Assembly: GCA_965232535.1 (NCBI GenBank)
Contig: CBDDPW010000022.1
Coordinates: 512,519 to 576,518, forward strand
DNA length: 64,000 nucleotides
Source: Candidatus Poribacteria bacterium
GTDB lineage: Bacteria > Poribacteria > WGA-4E > JAJDTR01
Direction of reading: 5' to 3'
In this document: positions 20,419 to 33,281 of the stretch, one piece after another
Layout: each line of letters opens with the position of its first letter
Numbering within the stretch: position 1 is the first letter of the stretch
Program-made: the position numbers and the translations under genes
The notes under the pieces: model-generated
Database searches by the model: none
What the model was told of the DNA's origin: nothing
Seen by the model: the letters and a program-made list of their open reading frames with translations, nothing else

Positions 20419-21825
20419 ATGAAAAGACGGCGTAAAACCGGCATTTCGAGAAAAGGACGATTCAAAGAACGTCCTCCTACCCAAGAGATTCAAGACGTGA
20501 ACGCTCTTGAACAAATAAATTATAACGCGGCAGGTCTCGACATCGGAGACGCTGAAATTTATGCCGCTGTCCCTGAAGGACGAGATAAAGACTGTGTGCG
20601 AGTCTTTAAGACTTTTACCGAAGACCTCCATCTCTTAGTGGATTGGTTACAGCATTGTTGCGTGACCACGGTGGCGATGGAATCAACAGGTATCTACTGG
20701 CTTCCAATCTATGAAATGCTTGAAGCACGCGGCTTTGAAGTGTATCTGGTGAATGCGCGTCATATTAAAAACGTTAGCGGTAAGAAGACTGACATCGAAG
20801 ATTGTCAATGGATACAGCAGTTGCATACCTATGGGCTGCTTTCGACTTCATTCCGCCCGGCTGAAGAGATTTGTGCCTCGCGCTCATTGGTGAGACATCG
20901 AGCCAATCTAATCGCTATGTGCTCGACACAAGTGCAGCATATGCAGAAGGCATTGCAACTGATGAATCTTAAGCTGACCAACGTCATCTCAGACATTACC
21001 GGTTTGACAGGCATGCGTATCATCAGAGACATCGTCAAGGGTGAACGCGATGCCCACCAATTGGCAGCCCATCGTGATGAGCGATGTACCAAAAGTGAAA
21101 AAGAGATTCGCAAATCTCTTGAGGGCAATTACAAGTCCGAACATGTGTTCGCCCTCAAGCAAGCGTTGCAAGCCTACGATTTTTATCAGCAGCAAATCAG
21201 CGATTGTGATGTAGAAATCGAAAAGTTTTATCAGAGGATTGAACCCCAGATTGACATCAAAGCGCACCCATTGCCGGAGAGTCAAAGAAAGCGGCGGCGT
21301 CCAAAGGGGAATGAGCCCTGTTTTAATTTGCGTCAACATCTGTATCAACTGAGCGGGGTAGATCTCACTCAGATTGAGGGAGTCAATGTGCTCAATGCAC
21401 AAGCGATATTGAGTGAAATCGGCATCGATATGAGCAAATGGCCTTCAGTCAAACATTTCACCTCCTGGCTGGGTTTATGTCCGAACAACCAAATCACGGG
21501 TGGCAAAGTGATGCAGCGTCAAACGCAGAAAAACAACAATCGTGCGGCACGCGCTCTGAGGCTGGCGGCGCAAGGCGTGTCAAATAGCAAAGGCGCCCTC
21601 GGCGGTTATTATCGTCGTCAGCGAGCGAGGCTCGGTCCTGCTCAAGCCATCACGGCAATCGCTCATAAACTCGCACGTATTATCTATGCCATGTTGAGAA
21701 ATCGGACGCCCTACCGTGAACCTCCTTCCGGCTACTATGAAGAACAGGCTCGCCAAAGGGCGGTTAAAAACCTGAAACGCAAAGCCAATCAGTTGGGATT
21801 TCATTTGGTTGCACAAGCAGCTTAA
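20419..21825 (+). CDS. IS110 family DEDD recombinase/transposase
   Basis: AAGLDIG, AMESTGIYW, KKTDIEDCQWI, SWLGLCP...TGGK, A-AHKLARIIYAML; RBS AAGGAG. Confidence 0.96.
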   Translation: MKRRRKTGISRKGRFKERPPTQEIQDVNALEQINYNAAGLDIGDAEIYAAVPEGRDKDCVRVFKTFTEDLHLLVDWLQHCCVTTVAMESTGIYWLPIYEMLEARGFEVYLVNARHIKNVSGKKTDIEDCQWIQQLHTYGLLSTSFRPAEEICASRSLVRHRANLIAMCSTQVQHMQKALQLMNLKLTNVISDITGLTGMRIIRDIVKGERDAHQLAAHRDERCTKSEKEIRKSLEGNYKSEHVFALKQALQAYDFYQQQISDCDVEIEKFYQRIEPQIDIKAHPLPESQRKRRRPKGNEPCFNLRQHLYQLSGVDLTQIEGVNVLNAQAILSEIGIDMSKWPSVKHFTSWLGLCPNNQITGGKVMQRQTQKNNNRAARALRLAAQGVSNSKGALGGYYRRQRARLGPAQAITAIAHKLARIIYAMLRNRTPYREPPSGYYEEQARQRAVKNLKRKANQLGFHLVAQAA

Positions 21826-22014
21826 ATCGGTTTTCCCATCTACGAAATTGAGGTGAAATCGAATTGTCGAAAACGCCTTCCAACACGCTTATTTTGTTAG
21901 TGTTACTTGGTAGGTTATCTATATCTGTTGATTCACGCACGTCCTTTGATGTATGATGAGGAAAACGATCAATTTGGCGATGCTCATTTTTTTGTGAACG
22001 TTAAATTTACGTAG

Positions 22015-24036
<2,022 letters not shown>

Positions 24037-24114
24037 GATCTCTTGGGTTGCCATCGAAACTCGACGTTTTCCTCCATCCCACCGGTCTTTTCATTTACCC
24101 ATTCTCGGATTGGA

Positions 24115-24143
24115 TTGATACGTTGACGTCAACCTGTTATAAT
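24115..24143 (+). promoter_or_regulatory. Sigma-70 promoter with palindromic spacer
   Basis: TTGATA-17 bp-TATAAT; spacer holds palindrome GTTGACGTCAAC. Confidence 0.7.
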
Positions 24144-24181
24144 GCGGCCGCGCCAAGATGAAACTTCAAAGGAGTTAAGTT

Positions 24182-24946
24182 ATGCCTACATCGCAAATTG
24201 CAGCGCAACTGTATACCGTGCGCGATTTCACTAAAACGCCGGCTGATGTCGCCCAGACATTGAAGAAGGTGAAGCAACTCGGTTACGATGCCGTTCAATG
24301 TTCAGCGCTTGGTCCGATTGAGCCCGCCGAACTGAAACGACTCGTTGATGGAGAGGGATTGTGCATATGCGCGACGCACACCGACTATGAACGCATGCGC
24401 AATGAACCCCAGTCCGTGATTGATGAACATCAACTATTGGGCTGTAAGTACGTGGCGATAAGCAGCATACCCGGCGCCGATCGCAGCGCCGAAGGGTTTG
24501 CACGTTTCGCCAAGGAGGCCTCTGACGTGGCGCGGCGCCTCGGCGAAGGCGGACTCGTCGTATCCTACCATAACCACAGCTTTGAGTTGGAGCGATTTGA
24601 TGGTCGTACTGGCTTGGAAATACTATACGATGAAAGCGATCCCGATCTTCTAAAGAGCGAGCTTGATACGTATTGGATTCAACACGGGGGCGGCGATCCG
24701 GCGGCATGGATTCGCAACTTAAAGGGACGCATCCCGACAATTCATGTCAAGGATATGGAGATGAAGGGGAGCACTCAACTGTTTGCCGAAGTGGGAGAGG
24801 GAAATCTGAATTGGTCGGCAATTCTTGAGGCGAGCAGAGCTTCGGGCGTGGAGTGGTACATCGTCGAACAGGACACCTGCCAGCGCGATCCGTTTGAGAG
24901 TTTGGGAATCAGTTTGAGGAATTTGAAGGCGATGGGAGTTGAGTAG
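24182..24946 (+). CDS. Sugar phosphate isomerase/epimerase (TIM barrel)
   Basis: QLYTVRD, YHNHSFE, ELDTYW, HVKD, VEQD. Confidence 0.92.
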   Translation: MPTSQIAAQLYTVRDFTKTPADVAQTLKKVKQLGYDAVQCSALGPIEPAELKRLVDGEGLCICATHTDYERMRNEPQSVIDEHQLLGCKYVAISSIPGADRSAEGFARFAKEASDVARRLGEGGLVVSYHNHSFELERFDGRTGLEILYDESDPDLLKSELDTYWIQHGGGDPAAWIRNLKGRIPTIHVKDMEMKGSTQLFAEVGEGNLNWSAILEASRASGVEWYIVEQDTCQRDPFESLGISLRNLKAMGVE

Positions 24947-25280
24947 GGGACGGATCGTCTAGAATCTCGAATTAGTTTTCCTACCGAAGGGTGTTGTGTC
25001 AGATTTTTGCTTGTAGGGAGTTGCTATCTAGGCGTACATTAAAGATAGGAGTTCTGCGATTTGCAATTCCGGATGGTGGGCAGTTACGAGTTGAGTTTTA
25101 CTCGAAGTTCGATATGTTACGGCGGCATGAAACCCGGAAACGCGCTTTCTGAACACGATCTCTCATGAATTTCAGTTCGACCCAACCTGCGTATCAAATA
25201 ACGTGACCGGTCAACCCTGAAGACGGTTCCTGTTTTCGCACGAAATCTAAATTATCAACTAGGAATGGAAGTTTTTCTTA

Positions 25281-26231
25281 GAGCCTGTTTGAAAAGTCAT
25301 TTGATTCGATTTCGCATCAAGTAGATGGAAGCGATGTATACCATAGTTTCAGCAGTCTTAGGAAAGCGTTCATAATCCAAAGTCAATCGACGAAACCAAC
25401 CAAGCCAAGAGAATGTGCGTTCAACAATCCATCGTAACGGAACAACTTCAAACCCCTGCTGCCCTAGCGTAGATGCAATCTCTAGTTGACACTGATGAGC
25501 CAGATATAACCAGTCTTCTAATTCGCCGCGATAGGCGGCATCGGCACACACCAACTGAATTGTTATGTACCAGCTAAACACTTCTGTTAGTAACTCGATA
25601 GCTATCTGATTGTCACTAACATTGGCATCAGTGACTTTGACCATCAATGGAATACCCGTCGTATCCGTTACCAGATGGCGTTTGCGTCCTTTGACCTTCT
25701 TGTGACCATCAAATCCTCTAGTCTCCGCCAGTTCCGTCGTCTTAACGGATTGGCTGTCAATGATAGCTGCTGTCGGTGATGGTTGTTTGCCGCCATCACA
25801 ACGTGTTTGTTCGCGAAGTGCCTGATGAATCAAGAGCCATGTGTTGTCGACTTGCCACTTTCTGAAATGGTAATAGACGGTTTGCCACGGTGGCATATTA
25901 TGGGGTAGCATTCGCCACTGTCAACCGGACTTGACGACATAAAAGATAGCATTGATGATTAAGCACATCTCCCATTTTGGAGGTCTGCCTAATGGTTGAG
26001 GGGCTGGCAGAAACGAGGACAGTTTCTCCCACTGTGCATCAGTCAAATCACTGGGATAACGCTTGCGGTTCATGTTTACTCCTTTCATTGGTTCAGATTT
26101 AACTGCTCCAATGAGTAAACGTAAACATCAACCGTTCAGACAACTTTTTTCTTTTTCTAATAGGTTCTTGAGGGCATTTACCCCAAAATAGCCCTTTCTC
26201 TAAGGCGATTCCGGACTTTTCAAACAGGCTC
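25281..26231 (-). mobile_element. IS5-family insertion sequence
   Basis: 18-bp perfect TIR GAGCCTGTTTGAAAAGTC / GACTTTTCAAACAGGCTC, TTA duplication. Confidence 0.93.
25297..26073 (-). pseudogene. IS5 transposase with in-frame TGA
   Basis: MNRKRYPSDLTDAQW...KSG*QWRMLP...IIDSQSVK...RWIVERTFSW; stop at 25921-25923 where Cys is expected. Confidence 0.88.
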
Positions 26232-26234
26232 TTA

Positions 26235-26454
26235 GCTCGACTTTGTACAAAAGTATAACGATTGGATTAGACGGGAAGCCATATAACACCAAACCTGTAG
26301 GCGGGGCATCTTGCCCCGCTGTGATGATACTGAAAACGGCTACCGACTTTTTCACAGGTCAACCGAAAAGACCAGATGGTTAAAATCTCTCCCGCTTTTC
26401 TCCAACGCTTTATTACCACCATCTGTTATACGGCTTGAATGTACAGAGTCGAGC
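26235..26454. mobile_element. 220-bp MITE (GCTCGACTTTGTACA ends) containing a REP
   Basis: 14/15 TIR match, TTA on both flanks. Confidence 0.7.
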
Positions 26455-26639
26455 TTAGTTGTTAAGTTCCGCATTATTTACGCACGTAAAAAAGGCGTTG
26501 AAAAGCTGAGCCCCCTTTGGCGCCGAATAGTGACTGCCTAGCCGCCCAACCCAACCTACGGTGCTAAAGTCATCGGACGGCACGGAGCCCGACTCTTAAT
26601 TATTCGGATTTGGATGACTTGACCGTATAGAATTTTTGC

Positions 26640-26668
26640 TTGCAATAGCCTTCAAATTGTGATACTAT
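26640..26668 (+). promoter_or_regulatory. Sigma-70 promoter of the rimP operon
   Basis: TTGCAA-17 bp-TACTAT. Confidence 0.6.
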
Positions 26669-26870
26669 TTCTGTCCAGCCGCGAAGAACCTTTCCATCAG
26701 TGGAGGGAAAAACATCGCGGTTTTTTTGTGCGTCTGGCACTGCTGACAGGTGTTGAATCGCCGATGTTGAGAGACTTGAAATATCAGGTATAAATGGCGT
26801 TAGTGGCGCATTTGGGGCGCCTTTATGCGCCTGGTCGTCCGTGAAAGTCTTGTTGAGCGGCATTATTCTG

Positions 26871-26894
26871 AGAGTGGGGTGTTATTCCCGCTCT
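26871..26894 (+). promoter_or_regulatory. rimP leader hairpin
   Basis: AGAGTGGG...CCCGCTCT followed by a T tract just upstream of rimP, as conserved in many bacteria. Confidence 0.7.
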
Positions 26895-26920
26895 TTTATT
26901 TTTAGTGCACTAAATTCCAA

Positions 26921-27379
26921 ATGTCATCTTTGCTGAAATCCTCAATGGTCGAACTTCTTTCGCCTGTGCTCGATCGAGAGGGAATTGAGTTTGTCGATGT
27001 CGAATTTCAGGGTGAAGGCAATGCAAGGACGATACGATTTCTGATCTACAAACCCGGCGGTATCACTGTAAGGGATTGCCAACAGGTAAGCCGGATGGTT
27101 CACCCAATCCTTGAAGTTCACGGGTTGATAGATAGCGGAGTATCTCTCGAAGTTGCTTCACCGGGAATCGACCGACCGCTTGCCACCGAGGCAGATTTTC
27201 GCAGGAATGTTGGCCGGGCGGTTGAGATAGAGGCAACCTCTTCAACAGGCGAATCACTAAGATTGAACGGAATCATAACGGATGTCAAGGACGGAATGGT
27301 TTCCCTTGATGAATCCGGAAAATTAACCGAACTTCAAATTACAACTATCATAAGAGCTCAAATCCAACTGATGTGGTAA
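26921..27379 (+). CDS. rimP: Ribosome maturation factor RimP
   Basis: GITVRDC, LEVASPGIDRPL; synteny. Confidence 0.95.
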   Translation: MSSLLKSSMVELLSPVLDREGIEFVDVEFQGEGNARTIRFLIYKPGGITVRDCQQVSRMVHPILEVHGLIDSGVSLEVASPGIDRPLATEADFRRNVGRAVEIEATSSTGESLRLNGIITDVKDGMVSLDESGKLTELQITTIIRAQIQLMW

Positions 27380-27578
27380 TACCATTTCTCTTGAATAACA
27401 GTGCGTATCATGTCTGAATCATATCGTTCACTTTCTACGTAGGCGGGGATCAAGTGACTGAATAAGGAACGCGATAGAGATCCCATCTTGCCCCGCCTTG
27501 AAAGAACTTGATTGACGCTATTAATGCACTGCGAATGTAGAGAAATGGTATAACATCTTGGGTAGTGGAGAGTACACC

Positions 27579-28874
27579 ATGACAAGTGATTTGCTGATGA
27601 TTGTTCGTCAAATCATGGATCAAACGGAATTGCCGCAAGAGACCTTCATCGAAGCGATAGAAGCCGCACTCTATTCCGCAGCGAAGAGACGTTACGGTTC
27701 AACGCACGGGGTTACCATCAGGATAGACCCCGAGTTAGGCGAAATCAAGTGTTTTGTGCCTAAGAAGGTCGTCGAAATCATGCAGAGTTTCGCTAAAGAG
27801 ATTCCGATTGAGGAGGCGGTAAAACTTAAACCCGACGCCCAACTGGACGAGATGCTTGAGGTTGAAGTAGATCCTAAAGAGTTTGGAAGAATCGAGGCCC
27901 AAACAGCACGTCAGATTCTCGTTCAGAAAATCAAGGAAGCGGAACGGCAACAGGTCTATGAGGAATACAAAGACCGGGAGGGCGAGGTGGTTACCGGGCA
28001 CGTGCAGCGAATGGAGCGCGGGAGCCTTATTCTTGATCTGGAGCGGACGGAAGGGGTATTGCCGTTTAGCGAAATGCCTCATCCGAACAATTATCAGCGG
28101 AACGACGTTTTGAAGTGCCTTATCTTGGAAGTTCAAGACAGCGTTAAGGGGCCGCAGGTTGTCCTCTCTCGCACTCACAAGACTTTGGTTGCCCGTTTAT
28201 TTGAGATGGAAGTTCCCGAGATTTATGATGGGCTGGTCCGCCTGAAAGCCATTGAGCGAGATCCGGGCGATCGCGCGAAAGTCGCTGTTACCTCGACCGT
28301 TGATGATATAGATGCCGTTGGTACCTGCGTTGGTGTCAAGGGTTCTCGTGTGCAAACAGTTGTCCGCGAGTTGGATGGTGAAAAGATTGATCTCCTCGAG
28401 TGGGACGAAGATCCTAAAGTGTTTATAGCCAATGCGCTGCAGCCTGCCACGGTAGCTCGTGTCACGATTGGCGAGGATGAGAATGCGGAGGTTATTGTAC
28501 CGGACGACCAACTTTCGCTGGCGATAGGGAGACGCGGACAGAACGCCCGGCTTGCCGCACGGTTGACGGGGTGGAAAGTTGATATCAAGAGTGAGTCTGA
28601 GGCGGGGTCGCAATTCAAGGAAGAGATTGTTGGCGAACTCTTTGGAACAGAACCCGATGAAGTAGACGCGGCTTCAACTCAAAATACAGAGCCAGACTTG
28701 TCTGAGTTGGACGGAGTCGGCTCAAAAATTGCCACCGCTCTCAAAGATTCAGCATTTCCAACTGTTGAACTGGTTGCAAATGCTTCGTTGGAGGATTTAT
28801 CATCTATCCCGGGTATTGGCGTCAAGACGGCTGAGAAGATACAGCAATCCGCATTGGAAATTCTTGAACCATAG
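27579..28874 (+). CDS. nusA: Transcription factor NusA
   Basis: FGRIEAQTARQ, S1 and KH domains, LAIGRRGQNARLAA, C-terminal HhH. Confidence 0.97.
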   Translation: MTSDLLMIVRQIMDQTELPQETFIEAIEAALYSAAKRRYGSTHGVTIRIDPELGEIKCFVPKKVVEIMQSFAKEIPIEEAVKLKPDAQLDEMLEVEVDPKEFGRIEAQTARQILVQKIKEAERQQVYEEYKDREGEVVTGHVQRMERGSLILDLERTEGVLPFSEMPHPNNYQRNDVLKCLILEVQDSVKGPQVVLSRTHKTLVARLFEMEVPEIYDGLVRLKAIERDPGDRAKVAVTSTVDDIDAVGTCVGVKGSRVQTVVRELDGEKIDLLEWDEDPKVFIANALQPATVARVTIGEDENAEVIVPDDQLSLAIGRRGQNARLAARLTGWKVDIKSESEAGSQFKEEIVGELFGTEPDEVDAASTQNTEPDLSELDGVGSKIATALKDSAFPTVELVANASLEDLSSIPGIGVKTAEKIQQSALEILEP

Positions 28875-28923
28875 ATAGACTGAAGAGAGTTAGCGCGAGA
28901 GGCTTCCAAAGTAAGGAGGCAAT

Positions 28924-29223
28924 GTGGCTGCTATTGCTCTACGTACCTGTATCGGATGCCGCGGAAAATTTCCGAAGAAAACATTGCTACGATTCGTGAA
29001 TCATTTAGAGTCACACCTCCGTGCGGACGTAACAGGAAAATTGCCCGGACGCGGGGCGTATGTGTGCGAGTCAAAGGATTGTATTACGGAGGCTTTCAAA
29101 TCACACAAGCGCGTCAATTCACTGTTGCGAACCAATCTCTCAAAAGAGGTTGTTATGCAGTTCAAACAGTGTCTTCTACATTCGGTGAGCCAAGATAGCG
29201 CAAGAGGGGGAGGACATCAATGA
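28924..29223 (+). CDS. rnpM: YlxR/RnpM family protein
   Basis: RTCIGCR...LLRFV...GRGAYVC. Confidence 0.9.
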   Translation: MAAIALRTCIGCRGKFPKKTLLRFVNHLESHLRADVTGKLPGRGAYVCESKDCITEAFKSHKRVNSLLRTNLSKEVVMQFKQCLLHSVSQDSARGGGHQ

Positions 29224-31298
29224 GAAAACGCAACGAGAAAAAGAAACCAGCCGTTGCTAAAAGGCAGGCAGAAGAAGCCAAGAACATCCGAATATATGAG
29301 TTGGCAAAGCAGTATGAGATAACTAGCAAGGATTTGATTGAAGAACTCCAACGCTATGGCATTGCAGTCAAGAATCATATGAGTTCTCTTGACGCCGAGA
29401 CGGTTGCACTGATCGAAGCGGAACGTAAGGGATCGGAGTCGCCCAAGCCAAAAAAACCTCAGAAAAAAGCCAAATCAGATACCAAGTCCTCTCGTGACAA
29501 ACCAACCGAGGCAGTTGTCGAATCAAAGCAGCCTATACCGGACGAATCTGCGCGATTGCAAATTCAGGAAAACGTCACGGTTGGGGAATTGGCTTCAACC
29601 TTGGGTTTCCGACCGCCGGAGATGATCATGCGCTTGATGAAGTTGGGCATAATGGCAAATGTAAACCAACGTCTTGGTTATGATGCCCTCCAAGCGATTG
29701 GAGAAACGTTTGATTTCGACGCACTCCGCGAATTGACCTTAGCAGAAAAGTTGCTGGTAGATGAAGAGGACAATCCGGCGGACATGGTTCCACGCGCACC
29801 GGTGACCACGATCATGGGGCATGTGGACCACGGTAAGACCTCTCTGCTCGATGCAATTCGAGAGTCGAACATCATGGAATCCGAGGCAGGGAATATCACT
29901 CAACACATTGGCGCGTATAATGTAAAATTTGAAACGGGAAACGTCGTTTTTCTTGATACGCCCGGGCATGCGGCTTTCACTGCCATGCGCGCCCGCGGTG
30001 CGCAAGTGACAGACGTGGTTGTTCTTGTGGTGGCTGCAGACGATGGCGTTATGCCGCAGACAATCGAGGCAATTAACCATGCAAAGGCAGCGGATGTTCC
30101 GATAGTTGTAGCTATCAACAAAATTGACACGGAAGGCGCCCGCATTGATTATGTGAAAGAGCAGTTGGGAAATCAGAATCTGATACCGGAAGATTGGGGC
30201 GGTCAGACGGTCTTCGTCGAGATATCGGCAAAGGAGAAGATTGGTATTGACTTCCTTTTGGAGATGCTACTGCTGGAAGCCGAGTTGCTTGAGTTAACGG
30301 CAAATCCGAGAGGGCCTGCGCGCGGTACGGTTGTCGAGGCAAAGTTGGATAAAGGGCGCGGTCCCGTGGCAACCGTGCTGATGCAAAACGGGACGTTGAA
30401 GGTAGGGGATGCATTCGTAGCCGGACGCTATTATGGAAAGGTTCGAGCGATGATGGACGACCTCGGACATCGGGCCAAAACAGCGGGACCATCAACTCCG
30501 ATAGAGGTTTTGGGTTTCACCGGGGTTCCCGAGGCGGGTGACCGATTCTATGCCGTCGAATCCGAGCGGGATGCGAAAGCGATTAGCGATTCTCGACTGG
30601 AAGAACATCGACAAGTTCAGCTCGGCCCACATAGTCACGTAAGCTTGGAAGACCTGTTCCAACACATTCAAGAGGGTGAAATCAAGGAGTTGAATATCAT
30701 TGTTAAAGGTGATGTTCAAGGGTCGGTGCAGGCAGTTTCAGATGAATTAAACAAGTTGAGCACGGCTGAGGTTAAAATTAATGTCATCCACCAAGCCGTA
30801 GGCGGAATTACAGAACCGGACATTTTGTTGGCTTCCGCATCGAATGCGATCGTCGTCGGATTCAACGTGCATCCCACGACGGGCGCCGTGCAACTGAAAG
30901 AGACCGAAAAAATTGATGTGCGAACTTACAACATCATCTACAATCTGATTTCCGATGTTCAGTCAGCCATGGAAGGTTTATTAGATCCGGAGGTCCGCGA
31001 GGTGGTTATCGGCAGAGCCGTAGTGCGAGACTTGTTCAAAGTGCCGCGCATGGGAACCGCCGCTGGCAGCTATGTCAATTGGGGTCGAGTAGCGCACAAC
31101 CGGCCGGTGCGAGTACTGCGCGATAACCGTCTGGTGTATGATGGCAAGGTCGATTCGCTTCGCCGATTCAAAGAAAATGTTAATGAAGTCCAAGCCAATT
31201 ACGAATGTGGGATTGGCATCAATGACTTCTCGGATTTCAAGATTGACGATGTCTTAGAATGTTACGTCTACGAACACGTTCGCCGAACCCTCAAGTAG
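29220..31298 (+). CDS. infB: Translation initiation factor IF-2
   Basis: [28 protein letters not shown]. Confidence 0.98.
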   Translation: MRKRNEKKKPAVAKRQAEEAKNIRIYELAKQYEITSKDLIEELQRYGIAVKNHMSSLDAETVALIEAERKGSESPKPKKPQKKAKSDTKSSRDKPTEAVVESKQPIPDESARLQIQENVTVGELASTLGFRPPEMIMRLMKLGIMANVNQRLGYDALQAIGETFDFDALRELTLAEKLLVDEEDNPADMVPRAPVTTIMGHVDHGKTSLLDAIRESNIMESEAGNITQHIGAYNVKFETGNVVFLDTPGHAAFTAMRARGAQVTDVVVLVVAADDGVMPQTIEAINHAKAADVPIVVAINKIDTEGARIDYVKEQLGNQNLIPEDWGGQTVFVEISAKEKIGIDFLLEMLLLEAELLELTANPRGPARGTVVEAKLDKGRGPVATVLMQNGTLKVGDAFVAGRYYGKVRAMMDDLGHRAKTAGPSTPIEVLGFTGVPEAGDRFYAVESERDAKAISDSRLEEHRQVQLGPHSHVSLEDLFQHIQEGEIKELNIIVKGDVQGSVQAVSDELNKLSTAEVKINVIHQAVGGITEPDILLASASNAIVVGFNVHPTTGAVQLKETEKIDVRTYNIIYNLISDVQSAMEGLLDPEVREVVIGRAVVRDLFKVPRMGTAAGSYVNWGRVAHNRPVRVLRDNRLVYDGKVDSLRRFKENVNEVQANYECGIGINDFSDFKIDDVLECYVYEHVRRTLK

Positions 31299-31342
31299 AG
31301 ACGTAGCATTCGTGCAATGCAGGTCAGTAATCAAGAAGGCAC

Positions 31343-31624
31343 ATGCAAGTTGGTGTATGCAGGATTTTCTTGAGGATCCCGGAGAGCCAGTCTCTAAAGC
31401 AGAAACGTCAGGTGGTAAAAAGTGTCATTGATCGCGTAAAGAATCGGTTCAATGTCGCAATTGCGGAAGTTGGTGCTCTTGATTCCCATCAAACCGCGGT
31501 TCTCGCAACCGTGACCGTTTCGAACGATTCCAGACACGTCAACCGTATCTTATCGCATGTCGTAAACTTCATTGAAGATTCCGCCGCCGCCGAATTGACC
31601 GACTACGAGATTGAGTTGAACTGA
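31343..31624 (+). CDS. DUF503 protein
   Basis: SLKQKRQVVKS...FNVAIAEV; synteny. Confidence 0.9.
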   Translation: MQVGVCRIFLRIPESQSLKQKRQVVKSVIDRVKNRFNVAIAEVGALDSHQTAVLATVTVSNDSRHVNRILSHVVNFIEDSAAAELTDYEIELN

Positions 31625-31638
31625 GAGGGTGAGCCGAA

Positions 31639-32019
31639 ATGTTGGACTATAATCGTTCGGATCGTGTGGGTGCTCTCCTACAAAGGGAGTTAAGCGACAT
31701 TATCCATCGTTCTCTTAAAGATCCGCGCGTTAGCTTCTGCACCGTTGGTCATGTTGAAGTGTCCTCAGACTTGAAATATGCCGATGTCTTGGTTAGCGTA
31801 GTGGGCGATAATAAACAGAAGCAAGCAACGCTTGCCGGCTTGAAAAGCGCCAGTGGTTTCCTGAGGCGAGAGGTTGGGAATCGAATCGACTTGCGTTATA
31901 CTCCCGAACTCCGTTTTGCGCTGGATAAGTCCGCGGACCATCTAATGAAGATAGATCGTCTCCTAAAGCAGGTGCAACAAGATACAGAAGAAGATGGTCC
32001 TGCGGCGACCGGCGAGTAG
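31639..32019 (+). CDS. rbfA: Ribosome-binding factor A
   Basis: LKDPRV, VSSDL, LRYTPELRF. Confidence 0.96.
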   Translation: MLDYNRSDRVGALLQRELSDIIHRSLKDPRVSFCTVGHVEVSSDLKYADVLVSVVGDNKQKQATLAGLKSASGFLRREVGNRIDLRYTPELRFALDKSADHLMKIDRLLKQVQQDTEEDGPAATGE

Positions 32020-32021
32020 CC

Positions 32022-33020
32022 ATGAACAATTATCAAGCGATTCTCGATGTGTTCGACCAACATCACTCATTTGCCCTGTCGGTGCACATCAATCCTGATG
32101 GAGACGCGTTTGGCTCACAGTTGGCGCTCTATTCGTTTCTCCGCGACCTTGGAAAGCAGGTCCGGGTCTTCAATACGGACGCAGTTCCTAACAACTACCA
32201 CTTCCTCCCTTTCAGCGAAGTCATCCAAGGGCCCGACGATGTTCATGACTATTCACCCGAGATTCTTGTCATCCTTGATGCTAGTACGCGGCGACGCATC
32301 GGAGACAAATTGTGCCAAACGCTTATTCCAACCAATGCAGTTGTCAACATAGATCATCATGACACGGGCGATCGGTTCGGTGATTATAACCTTGTAGAAA
32401 CAACTGCTTCATCAACGTCAGAGATTATTTATCGCTTAATCAAACTTCGTGAGATGCCTATCGGAAAAGATCGCGCGCTTTGCCTCTACACCGGTATCAT
32501 GTTTGACACCGGCTGTTTCCGATACGGCAATTCCGCTCCAGTTGCGCATCGAATCGCCGCAGAACTCATTGAACAGGGCGATTTTCCCGTTGATGGAGTG
32601 TATCGGCAGGTGTATGAGTCAGTACCGCTGGGGAAAGTGCGACTTTTGGCAGAAGTGTTGCCAACATTGCGTCTGACTCCGGACGGCAAGATCGGTTGGT
32701 TATGCGCAACACAAGAGATGTTTAGGAAAACCGGCACCACTCCCCATGACGTAGAGGGCTTCGTGAATCATGTTCGCGCGATTGATACTGTCGAGGTTTC
32801 GATTTTTGTAAGCGAACTTGAGGATGGAACATCGAAAGCCAGCTTACGGAGCGAGTCTTATGTTGACGTTGGCAAAGTCGCAGCCGATTTTGAGGGAGGT
32901 GGACACCAACGCGCCTCCGGGTGTGTAATCAGAGCGCCGCATCAGTTGGCAATTAAACGGCTCGTGAAAAACGCACAGGAACGAATTGAGCCTTCTACGA
33001 ATGGTGGTTCAAGGAGATAG
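32022..33020 (+). CDS. nrnA: DHH/DHHA1 oligoribonuclease/pAp phosphatase
   Basis: HINPDGDA, IDHH, DTG, SLRS, GGGH. Confidence 0.92.
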   Translation: MNNYQAILDVFDQHHSFALSVHINPDGDAFGSQLALYSFLRDLGKQVRVFNTDAVPNNYHFLPFSEVIQGPDDVHDYSPEILVILDASTRRRIGDKLCQTLIPTNAVVNIDHHDTGDRFGDYNLVETTASSTSEIIYRLIKLREMPIGKDRALCLYTGIMFDTGCFRYGNSAPVAHRIAAELIEQGDFPVDGVYRQVYESVPLGKVRLLAEVLPTLRLTPDGKIGWLCATQEMFRKTGTTPHDVEGFVNHVRAIDTVEVSIFVSELEDGTSKASLRSESYVDVGKVAADFEGGGHQRASGCVIRAPHQLAIKRLVKNAQERIEPSTNGGSRR

Positions 33021-33281
33021 TTCGGCAATGCCTTCGGTGTTAAAGCGGGTTTGAATATAGTTGCATAGTAATGCGTGCACATTTGAGTTGTTATCACTTG
33101 TGAGATTTCGGTAGCATTCGTAATTAGACGCTCCTATTGCACTTGTTTGGGAAGATTTTTAAGGCATATCTATTGCGCCCGCTATTCACTCGCTTGATCG
33201 CAACGAGCATACTCTGAAAAACTGTGGGCAGTGCCCACCTTACAACTTATTTGGCCCCATTTGTTCGCTTGGCTGGTCATT

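Larger units (their letters stand above)
20151..21913 (+). mobile_element. IS110-family element (IS1111-like, with inverted repeats near the ends)
   Basis: CAAGTAACAC (20151-20160) / GTGTTACTTG (21900-21909), AG core on both sides, long 5' non-coding region. Confidence 0.82.

Noticed and set aside
25921-25923. Selenocysteine or recoded TGA in the IS5 transposase
   Set aside because: No SECIS evident and TGA terminates other genes here; a TGC-to-TGA nonsense mutation is simpler.
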